This document shows positions 56,442-64,000 of a stretch of DNA of 64,000 nucleotides, piece by piece. Origin of the DNA: a virus (lineage: Duplodnaviria > Heunggongvirae > Uroviricota > Caudoviricetes); IMG/VR virus record IMGVR_UViG_3300045921_000484, positions 25,258 through 89,257 of that record. One strand, given 5' to 3'. Position numbers and translations under genes: made by a program. The stretch's first letter is position 1. Each line of letters starts with the position of its first letter. The notes under the pieces are model-generated. The model was not told the origin of the DNA, searched no databases, and saw only the letters and a list, made by a program, of their open reading frames with translations.

Positions 56442-57227
56442 ATGCCAGAATTAGTTGAAGTTAAAATAATGTCTGATTATATCAATCAGAATTCAAAGAA
56501 TCGTAAATTTTCCAAATTATATCACGTTGAAAGGGGAAATAATCCAGTCGATTCCAAATTAATTGAAGATTTTAGTGTTGAGTCAGATTCAAATGGTAAA
56601 GAGTTACTGTTAAGAGTATATCATGATTTTGCAGATCTTAAATTCTCTGTATTTATGGGCATGAGTGGTAATTGGAAGTTTGTTCCAACTATTGAGTGGA
56701 ACAATACTAATTTTGTTAGGATGAGATTAGACACATTTGATGGATATTCATTAATCTTATATGGTGGGTATATGGGGCCTAAATATAAGCTTGGTGGATT
56801 TACTGGTGTTAAGAGAGGGCCAGATCCAACAAAAGAATTTGACACATTTAAGGCTAATGTTCTTAATAATCTAGAAAATAAGGCATTTGATAAACCAATT
56901 TGTGAAGCATTATTGAATCAATCATATTTTAATGGAATAGGTAATTACCTAAGAAGTACAATACTATATTATCTTGATATTAATCCGTTTGAGAAAGCTC
57001 GATATGTAATAAATAAATATCCGAAAATTTTAGATATGTGTAGAGACATTCCTAATAAAGCATATCAATTAAATGGTGGTCAATTAAGAGATTGGAAGAA
57101 CCCATTTGATACGGATTATGATAAGTTTATTGAATGGGTTTTTTATCAGAAAGGAATCTCTTGTAAAGATAAGACAGGTAGAACATTTTGGTATAATGAG
57201 AAGTGGAAAGATGAATGCCCCTATTAA
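56442..57227 (+). CDS. Fpg/Nei DNA glycosylase of the NEIL1 (zincless-finger) type
   Basis: N-terminal MPE; H2TH PICEALLNQSYFNGIGNYLRSTILY; C-terminal DKTGRTFWY with no Cys4 finger. Confidence 0.88.
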   Translation: MPELVEVKIMSDYINQNSKNRKFSKLYHVERGNNPVDSKLIEDFSVESDSNGKELLLRVYHDFADLKFSVFMGMSGNWKFVPTIEWNNTNFVRMRLDTFDGYSLILYGGYMGPKYKLGGFTGVKRGPDPTKEFDTFKANVLNNLENKAFDKPICEALLNQSYFNGIGNYLRSTILYYLDINPFEKARYVINKYPKILDMCRDIPNKAYQLNGGQLRDWKNPFDTDYDKFIEWVFYQKGISCKDKTGRTFWYNEKWKDECPY

Positions 57228-57257
57228 ACATTTTATTTATTATGATATATAAATCCT

Positions 57258-57746
57258 GTGTTTGATTGTAACTTTAATATAATAATGGGTGATAGAATGT
57301 CTGGTAAAACAACATACTTAGTGTGTTTATCAAATTTGATGATGATTGGTGGATTAAGAGTTTGTTTTATAGGAGGTTCTACTGAGCTGGAAAATTCACC
57401 AAATGTGCAAAATACAGCTAACATTGTTAGATTTATTAAAGGCTCCGGGACGAATTCTGATAAGTGTAATCTAAAGATGTTAGAGTCTATAAGAGAAATA
57501 TCACATAGAGATAAATATGATTTTATTTTGGTTGATGACTTTGATCTATTATCAAAAAAATGTATTGAGTTATTAAAGTCTATCAAAATTAAAAAAATAG
57601 TAACTTGCTCGATGAATGAAATACCTATTTTGAATGAATCAATATCAACATATCAACTATCTGACTATAAAATAGACAAATTTGGATTTATGGATTTATC
57701 AAGAATATTGATAAGAGATAAAAAAATAAAAGAAATATTAAAATGA
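57258..57746 (+). CDS. Small P-loop NTPase-like protein with C-terminal RDKKIKEIL tag
   Basis: GDRMSGKT (Walker A), FILVDD (Walker B). Confidence 0.65.
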   Translation: MFDCNFNIIMGDRMSGKTTYLVCLSNLMMIGGLRVCFIGGSTELENSPNVQNTANIVRFIKGSGTNSDKCNLKMLESIREISHRDKYDFILVDDFDLLSKKCIELLKSIKIKKIVTCSMNEIPILNESISTYQLSDYKIDKFGFMDLSRILIRDKKIKEILK

Positions 57747-58795
57747 ATAATAACGTAGATAGACAATATTTTGAACTTATTAGACATATTCTAAATAATG
57801 GTACAAAGAAAATAGATAGAACAGGCACAGGCACAATTTCCGTATTTGATTATACGATGAGATTTAATATGAGTGAGGGTTTCCCCTTACTCACTTCAAA
57901 AAAAATGTTTATCAAGGGGATTATACATGAACTGATTTGGTTCCTTCGAGGAGATACTAATATTAAGTATCTTGTTGACAATGATGTTCACATTTGGGAT
58001 GGAGATGCTTATAAGAACTATCTAAATCGATATCGCAATGTAAATAATCATCCTTTATCAAAAGAAGAATTCATTAATAAAATAAAAACCGATGATGAGT
58101 TTGCTAAGAAGTGGGGTGAATTAGGTCCTATTTACGGGGCACAGTGGCGTAACTGGGGAAGGAATTATATTTCTGATTCATCTATCAGTTTAAGTCATTC
58201 AAAATTATCGGGTGGTAAATATATCGACCAAATTGCAAATTTAATTAATGAGCTTAAAAATAATCCAGATTCAAGAAGATTGATGGTGTCTGCTTGGAAT
58301 GTTGGTGAGTTAGACCAAATGGCTCTTCCTCCCTGTCATTATGGGTTTCAGTGTTATACACAAGAAATGAATATGTTTGAGAGAAAAAAGTATTGGTGTG
58401 ATTCGATCGGTAAGAGCATTAATTATGCTGAGGATTTCACAGATATTGAATTGGACAATATGGGAATCCCTAAGAGAAGAATAAGTTTGAAGTGGACTCA
58501 AAGATCTTGCGATGTGCCACTTGGAATTCCGTTTAATATTGCCTCTTACGGGTTTTTATTACATTTATTGGCTAGAGAGGTAAATATGATTCCACATGAA
58601 TTAATATTTTCAGGAGGTGATTGTCATATTTATTTAAATCAAATAGATGCTATTAAGGATCAACTAAATAATAAGACTTTTACCTTACCTAAATTAGTTT
58701 TGAATAATAAATCAATAGATGATTTGAGATATGAGGATTTTCAAATAATCGGATACCAATCTTCTGATTCCGTTAAAATTCCTTTATCAAACTAA
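57743..58795 (+). CDS. thyA: Thymidylate synthase
   Basis: DRTGTGT, ELIWFLRG, SRRLMVSAWN, ALPPCH, QRSCDVPLGIPFNIASY. Confidence 0.97.
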   Translation: MNNNVDRQYFELIRHILNNGTKKIDRTGTGTISVFDYTMRFNMSEGFPLLTSKKMFIKGIIHELIWFLRGDTNIKYLVDNDVHIWDGDAYKNYLNRYRNVNNHPLSKEEFINKIKTDDEFAKKWGELGPIYGAQWRNWGRNYISDSSISLSHSKLSGGKYIDQIANLINELKNNPDSRRLMVSAWNVGELDQMALPPCHYGFQCYTQEMNMFERKKYWCDSIGKSINYAEDFTDIELDNMGIPKRRISLKWTQRSCDVPLGIPFNIASYGFLLHLLAREVNMIPHELIFSGGDCHIYLNQIDAIKDQLNNKTFTLPKLVLNNKSIDDLRYEDFQIIGYQSSDSVKIPLSN

Positions 58796-58827
58796 ACTTT
58801 ACCCTTAAAAAAATAAAATAAATAAAA

Positions 58828-59313
58828 ATGAGTAATACTAAATCATATCTTGACAATATTATTGAGAGTATAAAAAGTATAGATACCGATAATCTCTCAG
58901 ATGAAGTATCAAAGGATGTAATAACTAAAATAGTTGAAGAGCAAAAAGTATATTTTTGGATTAGACTTTATTTAAAAGATGAGGATCCAAATATTCAAGT
59001 AGGTGATGATATTATAATTGAATATGTGCCGAGTGGTGAAGAGTTGATTACTAAGTTTATATGTTACGATAAACAAGGATTAAGTACTGATCATCAAGGT
59101 GAAATTACCAATTACAATCCAGAAGACAATAAAAAGGTTTTATGTTTAATGGTTGATACAAAAATGGTCAATTATAATGATGATATACCTTTTATAAGGA
59201 CACTATTTAAGATGAGTTATCATTATAATTACCAATTAGTAAAAAGAGATGAGCTTTTATTCATTAATGGTAAAAATGGTATGTTGCTTGACTATTTCGA
59301 TGTTGATTTTTAA
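58828..59313 (+). CDS. Hypothetical protein
   Basis: 161-aa acidic ORF. Confidence 0.7.
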   Translation: MSNTKSYLDNIIESIKSIDTDNLSDEVSKDVITKIVEEQKVYFWIRLYLKDEDPNIQVGDDIIIEYVPSGEELITKFICYDKQGLSTDHQGEITNYNPEDNKKVLCLMVDTKMVNYNDDIPFIRTLFKMSYHYNYQLVKRDELLFINGKNGMLLDYFDVDF

Positions 59314-59564
59314 TAGAAAAGTATAAAAAATTATACTTTTTTTAAAATTTTTGAAATCTATTCAGTTAGTTAAGAAAAAGGATTGTTCTTCATTTATTTT
59401 ATATTTATAAGAATTTAACATATTTATATGTTAAAGTATAAAAGTCATTTTTTTGTCTTTTAAACTTTTTAAACTTTTTTGATAAAATTTTAAATCAAAT
59501 ACACCATAGAATCTATTCTGTGTTTTATTTGTACGAATTCATGATAAAAAAATGATTTATTTAA

Positions 59565-61229
59565 ATGTTAATTGAAACGCAGTATTTAACAAATAGTAAG
59601 AAATTAGTAGTAAGTTACGTTGATAAGAGTGGAGATATAAAGCTTAAGTACTTTAATTGGGATACACCAATGAAATATGTTTCTTGTGAGGACTCAGATC
59701 CACAGAAGCACCCAAGATTTAAATCTTGGGATGGTAAGTCTGTAAAACAAATAGAGGTTAATCAACCAGATAGATATGCTATTTATGAGTTCCTTGATGC
59801 TTTACCAGAAGATGAGAAGAATGAAATATTCGAATTTAATCTACCTAAGATATATTTTATAGATATCGAGACCGAGATTATTGATGGGTTTCCTGAAGCA
59901 TCTGAGGCCAATACGAGAGTATTATCAATTTCAATTGTTTATGATAATAAAATAATTCTTTTGGGTCTTAAAGAGATGTCACAAGAGATGCAGGATAGAA
60001 TAATTAATAACACAAATAAGTACTTTGAGAAGTTCAATGCTGATTATAAGTTCAAATACATCAAATATGAAGATGAGTTTGATATGTTATATGCGTTTTT
60101 CTATAAAATGGTTCCTAAAATGCCACTTCTAACTGGTTGGAACTTTTTAAATTATGACTGGACATATTTAGTTAATCGTTCAAGAAAAATATCTAAATGG
60201 GTTAATGGTAAGGAATATAAAATTGATCCAGCTGTTTCTTCTTTGACTAAGAGATTGAATAAAATTTGGGCAACTGAATATGAAGTACCTGCACATCGAA
60301 TGATATTTGACTATATGCAATTGTACGAGATATGTGATACCTCTATTAAGGTAAAAGAATCATCATCATTAGATTTCGTTTCTAGTAAATTGGTTGGAAT
60401 TGAGAAGATTAAGTATGTTAGTTCAATTTATAAGTTGAAGGATGATTCAACTATAATGGGTTATTCTTTTAAGAAGGGTGATATTTGTAGAAATGATAAA
60501 GAAGGATTCTATATGTATATTGGTACTAAAAGGATAAATATACCTGATGACAAATTTATTTCTTTAAAACACTTATTTGAGGAAATAAACGTATCTAACT
60601 TACAGAAGTTATATGATACAGACTTTGAAATCTATATGTACTATAATACGGTCGACTCCGTTCTTGTTCAGAAGATACATGAAGCCAGAAACTATATCTC
60701 AATAATTTATGCGATTTCATCATTGGCTCAAATTAGAATAGTTGACGTAGTTTCACAGATGAATAATGCACTTGGCTCACTTGCTATTACAGAGGGAGTT
60801 CTTAGAAATAGATTCAGAGATATGGATAATATAGTACTCTTCAAAGATGAAAGAGGAGACACTGAATCTACTATTGCTGGTGGTTGGGTTAAAGACCCCG
60901 TTGTTGGATTGAATCAGTGGGTTGTTTGTTATGACTTCGCATCACTTTATCCTACGACACAAAGACAATTCTATATTGCTCCAGAGACATTTGTTGGTGT
61001 TCAGAGATCTGATAATCCTAAATACTGTGATAATGGTAAAGAAATTGACCTTGAGAAGCATGTGGTTTGTGTTAATGGTGTTGTATTTGAGAAAAGAAAA
61101 TCACCAACACTTCAAATGCTTGAAGATGTTTATGCTGACCGTAAGAAAAACAAAAATATAATGATGGATAAAAAGGAAGAACTTAAAAAAGTTCTTGATG
61201 AAATTAAGAAGTTAGAAGCTGAATTGTAA
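59565..61229 (+). CDS. Family B DNA polymerase, N-terminal subunit (exonuclease + motif A; lacks motifs B and C)
   Basis: IDIET (ExoI), GWNFLNYDW (ExoII), YNTVDS (ExoIII), YDFASLYP (motif A); stops after the first fingers helix. Confidence 0.88.
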   Translation: MLIETQYLTNSKKLVVSYVDKSGDIKLKYFNWDTPMKYVSCEDSDPQKHPRFKSWDGKSVKQIEVNQPDRYAIYEFLDALPEDEKNEIFEFNLPKIYFIDIETEIIDGFPEASEANTRVLSISIVYDNKIILLGLKEMSQEMQDRIINNTNKYFEKFNADYKFKYIKYEDEFDMLYAFFYKMVPKMPLLTGWNFLNYDWTYLVNRSRKISKWVNGKEYKIDPAVSSLTKRLNKIWATEYEVPAHRMIFDYMQLYEICDTSIKVKESSSLDFVSSKLVGIEKIKYVSSIYKLKDDSTIMGYSFKKGDICRNDKEGFYMYIGTKRINIPDDKFISLKHLFEEINVSNLQKLYDTDFEIYMYYNTVDSVLVQKIHEARNYISIIYAISSLAQIRIVDVVSQMNNALGSLAITEGVLRNRFRDMDNIVLFKDERGDTESTIAGGWVKDPVVGLNQWVVCYDFASLYPTTQRQFYIAPETFVGVQRSDNPKYCDNGKEIDLEKHVVCVNGVVFEKRKSPTLQMLEDVYADRKKNKNIMMDKKEELKKVLDEIKKLEAEL

Positions 61230-61269
61230 TTGAATTATTGAACTAAAAATATTCAAACATTAAATAAAA

Positions 61270-61500
61270 ATGAAAGCGATTTGTATAAAAAGTAAAATAT
61301 TTGACTTTGGATCCTCTTATGGAGGTACTCAATTCAAAGTGGAAAAAGGAAAAGTGTATGAATACATAAAGGATAATTTTGGATTTAATATACAAGATGA
61401 AGATAGAAGAAATCTTTATTATACTATAATAAATTTTCATGAATTTTTCATAGATATTATTGAATATAGAGAACAAAAAATAAATAAAATATTGAATTAA
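61270..61500 (+). CDS. Small hypothetical protein with C-terminal REQKINKIL tag
   Basis: 76 aa. Confidence 0.65.
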   Translation: MKAICIKSKIFDFGSSYGGTQFKVEKGKVYEYIKDNFGFNIQDEDRRNLYYTIINFHEFFIDIIEYREQKINKILN

Positions 61501-61591
61501 ACCTAACGGTTCTCAGATATATGTGTTTTTAACACAAAATTTAATAAAATGGAAAAATTAAAATTATATTTAATATAAAGGAAATAAATAA

Positions 61592-61619
61592 AAAAAATCC
61601 ACCAAATGGTGGATTTTTT
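61592..61619. terminator. Bidirectional intrinsic terminator
   Basis: AAAAAATCCACCA-A-ATGGTGGATTTTTT type hairpin at the helicase stop. Confidence 0.8.
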
Positions 61620-63285
61620 ATTCACTTATTTTAACATTAATCTTTCTTATAGCTTCTTGTATCCAGTCAGGTAAGAAGTGTGAACTATGTTTAATAACAT
61701 CACCAAATGATGCATCTATGATAATTGTATCAGCATAATCCATCTCAGAACGAACCGGTCTACCTGTCATCTGAATCAAACCGGAAACTGTCTTCCATGC
61801 GTACCAATCAGGATTATTTTTCTGTCTCAATTTATTTTTTTGTGATCCTAAACTAGGATAAGGAACTTTAGCAATTATCTGAAATCTAGCAGAATCATTA
61901 TCAAATGACACACCAGTATCCATACTCGGACTAACAATAACAGTTGGCTCTTCTGATTCCATGTGCATTCTCAACATCTCATCTTTATTAGATGAATCGT
62001 GAAATATTAATCTTGGATCTTTAATAGAATCCTCTATCCACTTAGACAATTCAAATGAGTTAGTATGTATGATTCCTTTCTTATTTTTATACTTTTCTAG
62101 TAACTTCTTTATATACGGAATATACTTTTTGAATGTTTCACCTTTAGTCTTATATGACATTTTACCAATAGGCATATAATATATTAATCTATTCTTAACG
62201 TTGAATGGTGATGGTATAGAGTAATAAACTGCTTTTGTAACATCAAGACCATTTAATTGACAAAATAGGTTTTTATCAAGAATAGTACCAGACATTAGGA
62301 ATACCATGTCATATCTACTAAATACATACTTATCTAAGTAATCATATGCCCAAATTGGTTCTAATGATAATTCTTTCTGATTCAACTTCTCATTATAATA
62401 GGTCTCTAATACCCAGTTATTTGGATTATCCTTATATTCTTTCAAGAAAACCTCAATCTTCAACTGATACTGTCTAAGATCGGTAATCATTTGCATGAAC
62501 TTGACATCAGAGTTTTTACTATTTAAAAGTTTAGATAGCTTCAAATCTCTTTTATCAGACTTAGCACTTCTATGAACTGAGATCATACCTTTTTCCATCT
62601 CATCAATTGTGACTATAATTTCATTATTTAGATATTTTAAAAAGTCAACATATTGGCTTATGGAAGTAACACCTTTTAATGTCTTAATGATATCATACTC
62701 ATTAGCGAACTTGTATTTCTTAATAACATTCTCTGTTATCTTTATAGATATAAAGTCACTCATAACATCATCAAATTCGTGCGCTTCATCCACAATTAAC
62801 ACTCTAGAATCTCTAGCATCCATAAATTTAGAGTTATAGATAGCATAAAGTATGTACAAGTAGAAATTAGTTAATGATATACCACCACTTATAAATGATT
62901 CACGAGCACTTGAGTATGGACAAGTCTCACAAGATGTCTTATTAAGACGGTTAAACTCAGCACCTTGGGCACAAGAACAAGAATAACTCTCACATTCATA
63001 GTTTTCTTTACCTTTTAGATCATTAATAGATTCATATGTATTAACGTATTGGTCTTGTAAGATTTTACTGTTTGTTATAATATCAATCTTAGACATTTTA
63101 TTGACATTTTTCCTATACCAGTCAGCTATCATTAGGGCTAAATGTGATTTACCACTTCCAACTGGTAGGTTGAGTAGGAAAAACTTATTTAGTTTATTCT
63201 TTTGATATTCTTTATCAATAAATTCAAGAGCCTCTTTTTGTTCCTTTCTGGGCTTATATTTAGCTAAATCTTTTTTAAGCGACAT
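61618..63285 (-). CDS. DinG/XPD-like SF2 helicase
   Basis: PRKEQ (Q motif), PVGSGKS, DEAH, SGT, IIAKVPYP, QMTGRPVR; Cys cluster YECESYSCSC...CETCPY. Confidence 0.9.
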   Translation of the reverse strand: MSLKKDLAKYKPRKEQKEALEFIDKEYQKNKLNKFFLLNLPVGSGKSHLALMIADWYRKNVNKMSKIDIITNSKILQDQYVNTYESINDLKGKENYECESYSCSCAQGAEFNRLNKTSCETCPYSSARESFISGGISLTNFYLYILYAIYNSKFMDARDSRVLIVDEAHEFDDVMSDFISIKITENVIKKYKFANEYDIIKTLKGVTSISQYVDFLKYLNNEIIVTIDEMEKGMISVHRSAKSDKRDLKLSKLLNSKNSDVKFMQMITDLRQYQLKIEVFLKEYKDNPNNWVLETYYNEKLNQKELSLEPIWAYDYLDKYVFSRYDMVFLMSGTILDKNLFCQLNGLDVTKAVYYSIPSPFNVKNRLIYYMPIGKMSYKTKGETFKKYIPYIKKLLEKYKNKKGIIHTNSFELSKWIEDSIKDPRLIFHDSSNKDEMLRMHMESEEPTVIVSPSMDTGVSFDNDSARFQIIAKVPYPSLGSQKNKLRQKNNPDWYAWKTVSGLIQMTGRPVRSEMDYADTIIIDASFGDVIKHSSHFLPDWIQEAIRKINVKISE

Positions 63286-63395
63286 CTGTATATTAATTTT
63301 TTATAAAAATTATATAAATTATTCTCATTTAGTTTCAAAAATCTATTTTTTATTGGTTTTTTTACGAATATATATAAAGAAAATAATATCCGGTT

Positions 63396-63584
63396 ATGTA
63401 TCATCAAATTATAGACTACGATGAGTTTAACATCTACACAACAATTGAAGATGTTAAAAATTATATTATATCCTTAATTCAAAAAGGATATGATTCTAGA
63501 GAAGAAATATATAATATGTGTTTAGAGTACTTTGGTCAAAATTATATAAGTATTATAGAGGACTTGATGAATGATGAGGATTAA
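63396..63584 (+). CDS. Small acidic hypothetical protein
   Basis: 62 aa after AATATATATAAA. Confidence 0.55.
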   Translation: MYHQIIDYDEFNIYTTIEDVKNYIISLIQKGYDSREEIYNMCLEYFGQNYISIIEDLMNDED

Positions 63585-64000
63585 GACATTTGAAAGTTTC
63601 AATAATTCAAATACACTATACATATTTGATTTTGATGATACTTTAGTTAAAACTCCAAATTTCTTGGATTTATCTATTGAATTTTTAAAAGAAGGCAATA
63701 CAATAAAAGATATACTTATTTCATCAACTAATAAAATCGGAGTTAGATTGGATGATTTAAGATGGGAGAATGGGAAAATATATGTAAGTGATCCACAGAA
63801 TAAACTAAACCAAAAATCAAACTGGGTAAGAAAGGGTAATAGACTCTATCTTACAATGCCTAGTAAATTTCCATATATGGATATTAGCTTACCAAGTCAA
63901 CTAAAAGAGACTGCTAAACTATATAACAGTGTTGAAAACAAATGTATTGTAACAGCTAGACCCGAAGATATCAGAGGAAAAATAATCGATACTCTAAATA
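63571..64000 (+). CDS. HAD-fold protein with CTS-like N-terminus (partial, runs off the right edge)
   Basis: Not in the ORF track. Translates MMRIKTFESFNNSNTLHIFDFDDTLVKTP...CIVTARP, open to the window end. Confidence 0.8.
   Translation, partial: MMRIKTFESFNNSNTLYIFDFDDTLVKTPNFLDLSIEFLKEGNTIKDILISSTNKIGVRLDDLRWENGKIYVSDPQNKLNQKSNWVRKGNRLYLTMPSKFPYMDISLPSQLKETAKLYNSVENKCIVTARPEDIRGKIIDTLN

Noticed and set aside
61501-61545. ACCTAACGGTTCTCAGATATATG after the 61270..61500 stop, resembling the RYYYAAC left end of an integron attC site
   Set aside because: No matching GTTRRRY right end or extended imperfect palindrome, single occurrence, and no integrase in the window.
1-64000. tRNA, rRNA or structured ncRNA genes
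   Set aside because: Intergenic gaps are short and very AT-rich; I found no cloverleaf or T-loop (GTTCGA-type) context. A tRNAscan-SE/Infernal run would be the definitive test.

Overview
Strongly AT-rich 64 kb segment of a T4-superfamily (myovirus-type) jumbo/huge bacteriophage, read in the standard genetic code. The host is probably Bacteroidota, inferred from TATATTTG promoter elements, a signal peptide cleaved before Gln, and the ClpS sequence. Core genes: terminase large subunit, 1308-aa tail sheath, tail tube, gp26/gp51-like hub proteins, a 1951-aa baseplate/tail protein, a tape-measure-like protein, gp47-like nuclease, ThyA, family B DNA polymerase and a DinG-like helicase. Main oddities: (1) TerL is fractured into two genes carrying an atypically split intein, with a Vsr-like homing endonuclease gene between the halves; (2) the PolB gene stops after motif A and appears to be an intein-free split polymerase; (3) two short peptide tags recur on unrelated proteins, an N-terminal T4-CTS-like 'MKxIKxFExF' on about 13 ORFs (including LRR paralogs, a cysteine hydrolase and membrane proteins) and a C-terminal 'R[DE]xK[IL]xx[IL][LF]' on 5-6 small proteins; (4) a six-gene glycosyltransferase/methyltransferase island behind a TATATA-type promoter; (5) a NEIL1-type glycosylase, a TV-Pol/PolA-like palm protein, an apparently inactive Rnl2-like ligase, a 2H phosphoesterase, and a RuvA domain III-like module grafted on a large putative virion protein. 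No tRNA, rRNA, CRISPR array or reverse transcriptase was seen. All family calls come from recognising motifs by eye; no database search was run.
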